A DNA stretch of 64,000 bases. Source: Octopus sinensis. Its lineage: Eukaryota. Shown here piece by piece: positions 24,680 to 37,373 of the stretch. Where the stretch lies: NCBI RefSeq assembly GCF_006345805.1, contig NC_043013.1, forward strand, positions 50,902,001 through 50,966,000. Reading direction: 5' to 3'. The position numbers and the translations under genes were made by a program. A model generated the notes under the pieces. The model was given only the letters and a program-made list of their open reading frames with translations. It was not told where the DNA came from and searched no databases. Within the stretch, counting starts at the first letter, position 1. Each line of letters begins with the position of its first letter.

Positions 24680-25060
24680 GGCATGTCTTCAAGTTACAGA
24701 AAGGTAAATTGGGTGCCAAAGACTCCAAATTTGCCATCAAGATGTAGGTCAAGATACTGCAATAGCCTGGGCTTCAGAGGTCCACAACTCTTCAATATCC
24801 TCCCGAAGGAACCTGAGAGACCTGCACGGGGTGGATGCAGATGTCTTTAAAATGAAGCTGGACCTCTTCCTGTCAGGTGTCCCAGATGAACCAACTTCGG
24901 GGCAGGAGGTGCAGATGAGGGCAGCTGCATCAAACTCTCTCAGGCACCAGATGTCAATTTCTAAAAAGCATTCGTGAAGTAAAATCATGTAGCAACACCG
25001 AATAGCAGTGCCCCAGCATGGCCACAGCTCATGAACTGAAACTAGATGAAATAAAAAAAT
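24680..25060 (+). mobile_element. CR1/L2-group LINE 3' fragment
   Basis: YCNSLGFRGPQLFNILPK (frameshift) LRDLHGVDADVFKMKLDLFLSGVPDEP...RAAASNSLRHQ, then a 3' UTR ending ccagcatggccacagctcatgaactgaaactagatgaaataaaa. A shorter 3' copy is at about 48555-48640. Confidence 0.75.
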
Positions 25061-26580
25061 AAAATAACATAAATAAATGAGATGGTACAAAAGCTTGGGC
25101 AGGGTGAGAAGATCAGCAAGTTCACAAATGTATGAAAGGAAAATGTAAGGCAAAGGGGAGAGAAAGGCAAACATTTGTCAAAAGTTAACTGCCAAGGTTG
25201 ACTTGGCCTTTAATCCATTTGGGGTCGATAAGAATTAGTACCAGTCAAGTACTGGGGTCAATCATGTCTGTACCAGGACAGCTACCCATCAGGACAATTA
25301 CTCCCCCCATAGAACAATTACTACCTCTATAGGACAATTACTATCCCCATAAGACAATTACTACCCCCATAGGACAATTCTTCCCCAACAACAACTAACC
25401 CCAGGACAATTCCCCCCACCCCCATTGGTTAATTACCCGTTCTCTAATATATTAAGAAGTTTTAAATCCTCATCTGTTGTCCTCAGGGGTAACTGTCCTT
25501 GGTGGTGGGGTGATATTTTCAATGGGTGGTAAATGTCCTAGACTCATTACATCGACTAGTCCTGTCTTGCTAAATTTCAGGCTGTGTGCCCATAGAAGGA
25601 AGGATTATTTCATTCAGCGAGGAGTAGTGGGTTGGCAGAATTGTTAATACACCAGACAAAATACTGCTAAGCAAGGATTAGGGTTGATGTAATCAACCCA
25701 CCCTCTGAGCATTTTGTCTAGTGCATCAACAATTTTGCCAGTTCATTGTTATCCCCTGATGAAATAATCCTTTCTTTTATGGGTACAAGGCCTGAAATTT
25801 AGCAAGTGAGGACTAGTCAATTCCATCGACCCCAATACTTATGTTCGCTATGTTCTGAGTTCAAATTTCACCAAGATCATCTTTGCCCTTCATCCTTTTG
25901 GGGTTGATAAAATAAATATCAGCTGAGCACTGGCGTCAGTATAATAGGCTTACTCCCTACCCCAAAATTGCTTGCTTTGTACCAAAATTCGAAACCAGCA
26001 AAGCAAGGTGCCACTAATAAGATGTAAAGGAATGGCACAAAAAAATACGAGTGAATTCACTTATCGTTATGGGGTGCCAGGAATTTAAAGTAATCTGAAA
26101 GGATAACTCTACCCTACATGGCTTAACATTGGGGCCAAGGAAGGACAAACTGGGTACTGTGATGACTGCAAAGGAGGAGTGAGTACTAGGAGTACCTAGG
26201 GGTACCTACATAAGAAATGACAAATAAGGATTATGCTAATAATCTTCTAATTGCTAAGGAACTACATCCAAGAGAGGGGTTGAATGGCTCCATGGTTTGG
26301 TTAAAAGTCAAAATGCTTGCAGGAAATTTTAGTGAAGTGATAAGAGCAGAATGTGGTTAGTGTCTTAAGGTACCCTAAGCCTTCCTAAATGGCAGCCTCT
26401 CACTATTGCTCTTCTTTGTTTTATTTGTATTTTAGTTTCAATTTATGTGTATTTGTTTTGTTTTATTTGTTTTTATACATTTATTATTCACATATAAATC
26501 TTTTAATACAATATATCTATCATATACAATATATATACACATATATGCATATATAAATACACACACACACACATATATGA

Positions 26581-26614
<34 letters not shown>

Positions 26615-26774
26615 GCACATATACATACATACCCACACACACTGTTATAACTTTTGCAATATGCTTTGTATTAAATGTACAAGTCCTTGTGGCAAATCAA
26701 CGAAAGAATTCTTCTACTACTACTACTACTGCTGCGGCTCCTACCACCACCACCAACACCACCAACACCACCAA

Positions 26775-26806
<32 letters not shown>

Positions 26807-27041
26807 TCATCAGTTGAATTTTCCAAATAGCCATCAGTTTCCCTCACGAAGAAATAGAGAAATGAAATGTCAGAGAATTAGAATGTCATTCTCAATATTT
26901 CTATAAATTCTAAAGACTAACCATTTCTGTCTGGCGTAACCATGACGGCACCGCAGACCTCAGGTTAAATCTTCTGTTCACCATTCACCTTTAACGAAAT
27001 GATGTAAGAATATTAATGATCACGCTATTCACTTGCCTATC

Positions 27042-27089
<48 letters not shown>

Positions 27090-27169
27090 CATACACACAC
27101 ATATGTATACTCACACACACACACATGCTATCTACTTATCTGTGTACCTGTAAATGGTACCTATGTACT

Positions 27170-28103
27170 TTCTCGTGATCTACCTGGCTGTATTAACTGT
27201 GTAACAAAACCTCTTTAACATCTTCACATGTGTGTGTGTCCTTATCTATCTATCTATCTGTCTGTCTGTCTGTCTATTTGTCTATCTATCAACTGCACAT
27301 TCATACTTTCTCATGATCTACCTGGTCATATTACCTGGGTAGCAAAACTGCTTTAACCTTTTCAGCGGTCTGTCTATCTCTCTCCCTCTCCCTCTCTCCC
27401 TACCTATCTATCTACCTATCAACAGCCTCTATATGATATCTCATTATCTACCTGGTTGTATTACCTTGGTAGTAAAACTGCTCTAACTTCTGTCTGTCTG
27501 GCTGTCTGACTCTCTCTCTCCCTACCTATCTATCTACCTATCAACAGCCTCTACACTACCGTCAGAAATTAATTAGCACCCTTGATTTGCTCTTCACTCA
27601 AGGTATGTGCTGTCACCTAGTGGCCATATCTCAAACTATTGCTTTGTTGCGAGTTCACTGTTGCGCAGAACGATGACGTAACTTTGTTTGCAGAGCAGTT
27701 TGAGAGTCTACAGCCTTATGATGTTGACATAGCAGTGCAACAACTTGGAGTGCGGATGCAGACAAATCTTTCTTTGTTTAATAGATATAGGTAGTGCCTC
27801 GCAAGGACCGAAATCACACCATACTAAGTTTTCTCATCACGTAAGACGTTTTGAACAGCTCATAGGTTAATTGATTTAACCTATTTAATGTAGAAATTTG
27901 AGAAGTGCTAATTAATTTCTGACGCAAGTGTATATGCTATCTCGTTATCTACCTGGTTGTATTGCCTTGGTAGCAAATCTGCTCTAACTTCTGACTGTCT
28001 CACTCTCTCTCTCCCTACCTATCTATCTACCTATCCATAGCACCTATATACTTTCCCATTATCTACCTGATTGTATTATCTTGGTAGTAAAACTGCTCTA
28101 ACT

Positions 28104-28174
<71 letters not shown>

Positions 28175-28410
28175 ACCTACCTACCTACCTATCTACCTAT
28201 CAACAGCACCTATATGCTTTCTCGTGATCTACCTGGTTGTATTACCTTGGTAGCAAAACTGCTCCAACTTCTTCAGCTGTCTGTCTGTCTAACTGCCCCT
28301 CTCTCTCTCTAGCCCTCCCTCTCCCCACCTGTCTACCTATCATAGCACCTATATGCTTTCTCGTGATCTACCTGGTTGTATTTCCTGGGTAGCCAAACCG
28401 CTTTAACAAA
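27170..28410 (+). repeat. ~120-150-bp minisatellite, about 7 units with variable internal microsatellites
   Basis: tctcgtgatctacctggttgtattaccttggtagcaaaactgctctaact recurs near 27170, 27310, 27440, 27940, 28065, 28220 and 28355. Confidence 0.9.
27554..27930. mobile_element. Tc1/mariner-type MITE (377 bp)
   Basis: 26-bp TIRs cactaccgtcagaaattaattagcac / gtgctaattaatttctgacgcaagtg (24/26 match) with TA on both sides. The neighbouring tandem unit shows the empty site. Confidence 0.9.
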
Positions 28411-28798
28411 TATTTCCTATATTTGGAATTTAAATATCTGTCAAAACAACAAAAAAAAAAAAACATGAGGAATTCTTGCCAGTCATTCAAAGGACTGTTT
28501 AGGTAATATTCTTGTATCAGGCTCCCAAATGGAATATTATTCTTGTTTTTCTTTCTTGAGCTGAAAATTCTAGAAAACATTATTTACATTATTTACATAT
28601 AATATTATATATAATTCTTCAGAAACTGTCACGCAGGGTTTCACGCATCTTGATCATCGGACAGGCATGAGTATTTACTCACACTGAGTGTCAACCAAGA
28701 GCTCCCCACTCATATACAGTACCCATGGGCACATGGAGTGTGTGTGTGTGTCTGTAAATATATGTATATATATGTAAATCATCAGACTCATCATGTAA

Positions 28799-28844
<46 letters not shown>

Positions 28845-28985
28845 ATAATATATGTATATATATATAACACACATATATATATATACACACACACACACAT
28901 ATTATATATATATATATTATATGTATATATATATATACATATATATATAATTTACATGATGATGATGATTTACACACACACATAT

Positions 28986-29019
<34 letters not shown>

Positions 29020-29852
29020 TATACATACACACGCACCCCCCTCCCCTTTGTGAAAGGTAGGAGTGATTTACAGTGAAATCTTGCTAAACAACCAATCAAC
29101 CATAAAAACACATCATGGGCCCTGCTCATCAAATCATTGCTGACCCCTGAAATAAATAAGTAAATAAATGAACAGATAGATAAATAAATAAAGAATGATG
29201 ATGATGACAACAATGATGACGATGATGTTGATGATGATGATGATAATGCTTCCATCAAATGTCTAAACATGCCGAATTTTCTCTTTGCCTGCCATTCAAG
29301 CAAATTCTAACACGGAATAAGAGGAGAGGGCAAAAATGAAAGAAGAGAGAAAGCTGAGAGATAAAAGGAAAACCTTTTGACTTCATCATAAATTCCGTTT
29401 TATTTCTTAGAAACATGGTCTTTGGAAAATTTCTCTACTTACTTTAGCACCGAGTTCTTCTCCAAATTGATTTAAAGGAAAGAAAAAAAACCCCCAAAAA
29501 ATAATGTCAATAGAAAGAATCGCAAGTAAAAAGAGAGATGCAAACTTAAATATATCTTAAGACTTAAATTCGTGTGTATGTGTGTGTGTGTATATATATA
29601 TGTATATATGTGTGTGTGTGTATGTGTATGTATGTGTGCGCGTGTGTATACATGAATGTATACATATGTATATGTAAGTTAAATATATATGTGTATGATT
29701 GTGTGTATATGAATGTATACATATATGTATGTGTGTGTGTATATATATATATATATATGTATGCATACATATGTGTATGTAGGCGCGCACCTATATATAT
29801 ACATACATAAACACACATGTATACATACATATATATGCATACATATATATGT

Positions 29853-29895
<43 letters not shown>

Positions 29896-31139
29896 TATAT
29901 ATCATATAACACACACACATATATATATATGTATTCATACACATACACACACACACACTCACACACATATATAGGTTGATAGATAGATATGCATGTATGT
30001 ATACATATATGGATACCTATGTGTTCGTGCATAAATACATTTATATAGATATATATGCATGCATACATGTATGTACGCATATATGTGTGTGTGTGTGTGT
30101 ATGTATGAAGAATGAAAGTTAAAATAAGAAAATAGTTGAATATTCCAAATTACCTGTTTTGGAGGGAAAAAGTGAAGAAAGGAGGGAAAATGTGGTGGGG
30201 TGGAGGGTGTTTTTTTTAAAATGTTTTTTATGTTTTTTAGTGGTTTTAAAAATGTCAAAATAAAGATTTAACTCCCCCCCCCCAATAAACAAACAATATA
30301 AGACATCAAATAAAATAAAAAAGAAAAGAAGGAGAAAAAGAAAAAAAATGGGTAAAGACTTTTGTTTTGTATTTTGCAAGATTTGAAGAATCCAGAAATA
30401 TTGCCAATTCCTTGAAGAGTTAGTTTTTGTAGGAGGTAGGTGAGGATGCTACAATGGCAAAACTATGTTAAGGTTCCTTTAGTACTGTAGGGCCACTTAT
30501 ACCACCACCAGCACCGCTACTACCACCACCAGTACCACTACCCTCGTCATTACCACCACCAAAACAACAACAACATTACTTTCACCATCACCACCACTAC
30601 CTTCATCAACAACACCACCAAGGCTACCTTCATCACCACCACCACCACCACCAAAACTACCTTCACCATCACCACCACCACCACCAACACCTGCATCACT
30701 AACATCACCACCAGCACCAGAACTATCTCCATGACCTCCACTACACTGCCCGTTCCATGACTACTACTACTACGACTACTACTACAACTACAACTACGAC
30801 TACTACTACTGCTGCTGCTGCTACTACTACTACTAACTTTTGTACTCCACTACCACCATCATCACTATAATGCCTCCATTTATATGTGTGTACATACATA
30901 TATATATATATATTATATATATATATGCACACACACACACACGTGCGTAGGGAGGTGCAAAACAGGGGTGGGGAAAAGAAATCCTACTCAAGTGCCAAAA
31001 GTAGAGTAAGGTTTTGTATTGAAGTTGAAAATTCTTCACAAACTGTCAGGCAGAGTTTCATGTATTTTGATCATCAGACAACCATGAGTATTTACTCACA
31101 CTGAGTGTCAACGAAGAGCCCCCACTCATATACTGTGCC

Positions 31140-31220
31140 CATGGGCACATGGTGTAGTGGTTAAGAGCATGGGCTACTAACCCCAAGATTCCGAGTTCGA
31201 TGCCAGGCAGTGACCGGAAT
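31140..31220 (+). mobile_element. tRNA-like SINE head (family D)
   Basis: gcacatggtgtagtggttaagagcatgggctactaaccccaagattccgagttcgatgccaggc: A and B boxes present, no clean acceptor stem. Confidence 0.65.
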
Positions 31221-31266
31221 AATAATGATGACAATGACGACGATGATGACGACAAAATACCTCAGT

Positions 31267-31297
<31 letters not shown>

Positions 31298-31319
31298 GCA
31301 GACAGTCAGGCAGGCAGGT

Positions 31320-31401
<82 letters not shown>

Positions 31402-31787
31402 ATAGAGTTATGGACATACTGGTGGTTTGTAAGGTGCTTGGAGAGAAGCAACTTGACCAAGAGGAGGCTGAGAGAGAAAGAGAGAGAGAGAAAGGAATAG
31501 AGGAGGGAGAATGATGAAAGAAAGAGACAAGGGCAGGGAGAGAGAGAAGTTGAGGAGGTAGAGAGAGAGAGAGAGAGAGAGAGCAATGGCGTGTGAGGAA
31601 ATGGAATTAGAGTGAGATGGTGATAGAGAGGAAATAATTGTATACGTGATAGTAGTCTGCAAGGAGATGGGAGAGGAGAGACTTGACCAAGACAACGGCA
31701 CAGAGAAAGAGAAGAGAGAGAGATGAAAGAAAATTAGAGCAGGACAGTGATAGAAGAGAAAGAATAAATGAAAAAAATCTAAAAATA

Positions 31788-31966
31788 GGCGCAGGAGTGG
31801 CTGTGTGGTAAGTAGCTTGCTAACCAACCACATGGTTCCGGGTTCAGTCCCACTGCATGGCATCTTGGGCAAGTGTTTTCTGCTATAGCCGCGGGCCGAC
31901 CATTGCCTTGTGAGTGGATTTGGTAGACGGAAACTGAAAGAAGCCTGTCGTATATATATGTGTATA

Positions 31967-32015
<49 letters not shown>

Positions 32016-32230
32016 ATGTGTTTGTGTGTCTGTCTTTGTACACCTAGCATTGCTTGACAACCGATGCTGGTGTGTTTACGTCCCCGTCACTTAGTGGTTC
32101 GGCAAAAGAGACTGATAGAATAAGTACTGGGCTTACAAAGAATAAGTCCTGGGGTCGATTTGCTCTACTAAAGGCGGTGCTCCAGCATGGCCGCAGTCAA
32201 ATGACTGAAACAAGTGAAAGGAGTAAAAGA
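31788..32230 (+). mobile_element. SINE family A, best-preserved copy
   Basis: Complete head, CORE-like block, (TA)n(TG)n core and tail ggcggtgctccagcatggccgcagtcaaatgactgaaacaag. Confidence 0.92.
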
Positions 32231-33036
32231 GAGAGTAATGACAAAACTCCGAAATTCTTTTTAGCTTCGTCTATCTTATGAAGTATACCAAACAATGGCA
32301 ATCTTTTGAACCACTCTTAGACCAGAATATTTGCCAATTATTACAACATTGGCATTTAAAAAAAAAAAAAAAAAAGAAAAGAAAAATTCTTTATTTATTT
32401 TCTAAAAATTATATAAAATTATTAACTGAAAGAAGGAATTTTATTCAGATGTGTTCAGATGATATTATTGTTAATATTTTGTGATAAGCAGAATTATACA
32501 GATCCGTCTGTTAGTCTCTTACACTTGTTAGTCTACGGTAATTATTCTGGAAATTAGTAAGATAGTTCCCAGACTCAAGTGAAGCACTACTGCCGCATCC
32601 ATTGTTGTGTGGAAGAATAAAGAACTCATCTTTTCAAATTTTTATTTTTTTCTTATTCTATTTTATTTTATTTCATTTTATTTTATTTTATTTTATCTTA
32701 TTTATCTATTGGGTGGGGTAGGGTGAAGGAATAGAGAATTTTGTTTTTTCATTTAGTTTCATTAATATTAAAATTTGAGATGTATAAGTGTGAACATGTC
32801 TATGCATGTTACACACACACACATATATATATATATACATATACATATATGGGCATATATCAATGCACACATAGATGCATACATATATACATATATTCTA
32901 TATACATACAAACATATTTATATATGTACACATATGTGCATACATACATACATACATACGTTCATGCATTATTGTGTGTGTATATATATATATATGTATA
33001 TGTGTGTGTATGTGTATATGTATATATATATATATG

Positions 33037-33077
<41 letters not shown>

Positions 33078-33320
33078 GTGTGTGTGTGTATATATATATA
33101 TAAATACAGGTGTGTGTGTGTGTGTATATATATATGTCTTTCCTTTCTTCCGTGCTGTAATTACATCAACTCTGTCCAATTGTTCCTTGTTTTTGCCATT
33201 TTCTTTTTTCTTTTTTTTTTTATTTTTATCCCTCTTTTCATTTTATTCCCCTCTCTTAGCAGGTTTCTTACCTGGATATTAATTACCTGGATTATTAATT
33301 AGAATACTTAGTTAAATTAA

Positions 33321-34340
33321 TTGCTCTCTACTCTTCCACCCCCCACCCCGCATTGCAACATTACTCTTCCTTCCTCTCTCTCTCTCTCGTCATCTCTTTC
33401 ACTCTCTCTCCTGCTCCCCCTCTCTCTCCATATATATACACACTGTTCCTTCCCCTTTATAGATACTCTCCCTCTCTTTATCCTTCTTACTTTCTCTCTC
33501 ACTCTCATTCCCTCTCCCCCTCTCCCTTTATTTTTATTCATTGCTTTTTCCTCTTTCCTTCCTTTCTTCTTTTCAGTTTTTTTATTTGTCATTTCTTCTT
33601 TGTTTTTCTTTCATTTTTCGCTTTATTTTGTTCCTTCTTTTTCTTCTTCTCTTTTTAGTTTTGCTTTCCTTTTCTTTCTTTGTCGGTGCATCTGTCTCTG
33701 CTTTACCAAATTTATTGATCAATTCCTCCGTCCCCACCTTTACAACTCTCCCCTCCCCCACACACTCCGCATTTCATTTTCACTCACCCCACCACCCCCT
33801 TTTACATTTCTCCCTCTGCATCTCTCTTGTTCTCTCTCACTCTGTCTTTCTCTTCTTCTTCTCTCTCTCTGTCGTTCTCTTCTCTCTCACTGACTCTTTT
33901 CTCTCCCTCTCTTCTCTCTCACTCTGTCTCTCTCACTCTCTCTTCATTCTCCTCTCTTCTCTCTCACTCTCTCACTCTGTCTTTCTCTTCTTCTCTCACT
34001 CTTCTCTCTCACTCACTCTTTTCTCTCCTCTCTTCTCTCTCACTCTGTCTCTCTCACTCTCTCTTCATTCTCCCTCTCTTCTCTCTCACTCTCTCACTCT
34101 GTCTTTCTCTTCTTCTCTCACTCTTCTCTCTCACTCACTCTTTTCTCTCCCTCTCTTCTCTCTCACTCTGTCTCTTTCACCCTGTCTTTCTTGCTCTCTT
34201 TTCTCTCTTTCTCTCACTCTGTCTGTCTCTCTCTCTTTGTCTCTCTCACTCTCTCTTCTCTCTCCATTTCTTCTCTCTCTCTTTCTTCTCACTCTGTCTT
34301 TCTTGCTCTCTTCTCTTCTCTCTCACTCTCTCATACATAT
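33321..34340 (+). repeat. ~1-kb homopyrimidine (CT-rich) tract with ~90-bp higher-order duplications
   Basis: Almost exclusively C/T on the + strand; ctctcactctgtctttctcttcttctctc recurs. Confidence 0.9.
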
Positions 34341-34532
34341 ATTTCTTAACTCAAACTCATATACAAACATCCACTTTACACGTTTCCACACCTCTTCACA
34401 ATGCTTTCTATAAACCATAAACGCTTTCAACATCATCACACCTGTGTGAGGCTAAATATACATTTTATGGTGAAGAATTTATTCCTTGAATCAAAGAAAC
34501 AGGCAAAAAAATGGTCTGCTAGATTGATTTCC

Positions 34533-35659
34533 TTAACCCTTCTGCATTCAGATTACTCTGTCAAATGCAGTAATTATTTATTCTTTTATCCTTTCAGTTA
34601 TGTAAGTGTGGCCATGCTGGAGCACTGCCTTTTGCCCTTTAGTTGAAGAAATTGACCCCAGGACTTATTCTTTGTATCAGTCTGTTTTGCCAAATTGCTA
34701 AGTCATGGCGACATAGACACACCAACGTCGGTTGTCAAGCGATGATGGGGAGACAGACACAAAGACACACACACACACATATGAGAGGCTTCTTTCAGTT
34801 TCCGTCTACCAAATCCACTTACAAGACTTTGGTCAGTCGGAGGCTATAGTAGAAGAGACTTGCCCAAGGTGCCACACAGTAGGACTGAAACTCGAACCAT
34901 GTGGCTGTGAAGCAAGCTTCTTACCACACAGTCACACTTGCATCTATTTATTCACATTATGTTAAATTAATCATATATTAATATTTCAATATTAATATTT
35001 TAAATTAATCATGGTTCATCTCATAGCTTGGAGATTTTAATGATGTGATTGTTTAGTCTTTAAATGACATTTTGCTTGAGATGACCCTTCAAGCTAAGTG
35101 ATGCTGGTGTCCCGTAACTGGCACCCATGCTGGTGGCATATAAAAAGCACCTTTCAAGTATTGGGCCTCACCGAAACAAAGTGACTGAATTCCCTTCATG
35201 TGTCAGGCCTCACAGAGGCAATGACCAAGACCTTTGGCATTATGTTGTGCTTGAGAAGAAGACCCATTAAGCCGAGCAAAACCTCAGTCATGGCAGATAC
35301 CAGTGTCACGCAAACTGGCACCCATGCCACTGGCACATAAACACCCCCCTCAGTGTCACACAAATGGCACCCATGTCAGTGGCACGTAAAAGCACCCATT
35401 ACACTCTCAGAGTGGTTGGCATTAAGAAGGGCATCCGGTCATAGAAAAACTATGCTGAATCAGACTGGAGTCTGTTGCAGCCTTCCAACTTACTAGCCAT
35501 GGTCAAACCGTCCAACCCATGCCAGCTTGGACAACAAACATTAGCTGACGGTCATGATGATTTTAGAGCAGGTATGAGAGGTGAGATCAGGTCGTTTGTA
35601 GCATAAAACAGATTGAGAATTGGAGCCGGATATAACCGGTTTGTATGTTGAAAAGTTAA
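34533..35659 (+). mobile_element. TTAA-ended MITE-like element split by a SINE A (about 34575-34940, minus) and an RTE-tail element (about 35095-35560)
   Basis: Begins ttaacccttctgcattcagattactctg, resumes at about 34945, and ends ggatataaccggtttgtatgttgaaaagttaa. Confidence 0.6.
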
Positions 35660-35929
35660 ACCATGCCTGAAATGTCATGCCATCGCCAATTCTACCAAGG
35701 ACATTCATCAAAATAAATTCTTTAGTTTGGTTATCTATGAACACTCCTTAACTGCTGTTTTTAAGACCCCTCTGCAGCTCTTTTATAAGTGGTTCTTACA
35801 AAACATCAAAGAGATTTCAGATCTGTAATTAAAACTTGAACTACTTCCCAGCACTTCTCCACCATAATTACCTTTTGCCATTAATGCATGCTACTATAAT
35901 CAAATACTTCTTCTTTAAGCATCTTATTA

Positions 35930-36620
35930 TGATGCCACATCAGCAGTCTCTCTCCATTAGCTTTGCTTTGTCATCAGTTCCATGTTGTGTTTCACTGCCA
36001 ATAACATCAATGTAGATGAGTGGTTGCTTTCTGATAGAGTACAGAGGCTTCCAAACTATAACATCCAATATGCCCTGTTGTTCAGCTCGGTAGCATTGGC
36101 CAGCAAAGAGTGGCAAGCTGGCAGAATCGTTAGCATGCCGGGCGAAATGCTTAGCAGTATTTTGTTTGTCGCTACGTTCTGAGTTCAAATTCTGCCAAGG
36201 TCGACTTTGCCTTTCATCCTTTCGGGGTCGATAAATTAAGTACCATTTATGCACTGGGGTCGATATAAGCGACTTAATCTGTTTGTCTGTCCTTGTTTGT
36301 CCTCTCTGTGTTTAGCCCCTTGTGGGTAGTAAAGAAATAAGCATTGGCCAGCAAAGCCTACCCTGCATTGAATAATCCTTTCTACTGGAGGCACAAGGCC
36401 TCAAATTTGTGGGTTGGCGACTAGTCAATTTTATCAACCCCAGTGTTTCACTGGTACTTGATTTATCAACCCCCAAAAGGATGAAAGACAAAGTGGACCT
36501 CTGTGGAATTTGAACTCTGAACGTAGCGATGGGTGAAATACCACTAAGCATACCTGCATTGAATAATAACATTAAGAGAAGAGTAGAAAGTGTCAAATCT
36601 CCTTTTTGGGGCCCATGTGA
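35930..36620 (-). pseudogene. Degenerate RTE-X-like LINE C-terminal relic interrupted by two SINE B copies
   Basis: After removing the SINEs the minus strand reads RVGFAGQCYRAEQQGILDVIVWKP...PLIYIDVIGSETQ...KLMERD, homologous to the RRxxFAGHC..LLLWxP..YxDxI..M.DR tail at 62419-62769. Confidence 0.6.
36110..36340 (+). mobile_element. SINE family B, tail variant 1, with 17-bp TSD
   Basis: TSD agcattggccagcaaag at 36092-36108 and 36340-36356. Confidence 0.9.
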
Positions 36621-37326
36621 TCTTGACGGTCCTTTTTCATGGGTGTAGGTGCAGCTGTGTGGTTAGAAATTTGCTTCTCAACCACATGGTTCTGGGTTCA
36701 ATTCCATTGTGTGGCACCTGAACAAGTGACTTCTACTATAAGCCTGTAGCTGCCTAAAGCTTTGTGAGTGGAGTTGGTTGACAGGAACTGAAAGAAGCCT
36801 GTTGCATATTGATGTGTGTGTGTGTGTGTGTGTGCTTGTGTTAGTCTCCTACCTCTGTTTAATGTGTTTACATCCCCATAACTTAGCGGTTTGGCAAAAA
36901 ATAAACAGTTATTAAAAAGAAGTACAAGGCTTAAAAAAAGTACTGGGGTTAATTTATTTGACTAAAATTCTCTATGTGGTGCCCCAGCATGGCCACAGTC
37001 CAATGACTGAAACAATTAAAGGATAAAAAATAAAAGATAGTCCCAGTATTGCTTTCATAAGGAAGAATGTTGTTCGAGCCCTGAAGAAAACAAGTATTGC
37101 TGACTTTTATCTATTTGGTTGCTAGACATTTTGAAGATTGTTACATAGGCGCAGGAGTGGCTGTGTGGTAAGTAGCTTGCCTACCAACCACATGGTTCCA
37201 AGTTCAGTCCCACTGCGTGGTACCTTGGGCAAGTGTCTTCTGCTATATCCACGGGCCGACCAATGCCTTGTGAGTGGATTTGGTAGACGGAAACTGAAAC
37301 AAGCTCTTTGTATATATATGTATGTA

Positions 37327-37373
<47 letters not shown>

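Noticed and set aside
31140-31220. Possible tRNA gene (also heads at 7800-7880 and 22745-22820)
   Set aside because: A and B boxes are present but the acceptor stem does not close, and flanks match repeats. These are SINE heads, not tRNA genes.
33541-34420. 290-aa and 197-aa Leu/Ser/Phe ORFs resembling membrane proteins
   Set aside because: A purine-free strand cannot encode stops; compositional artefact.
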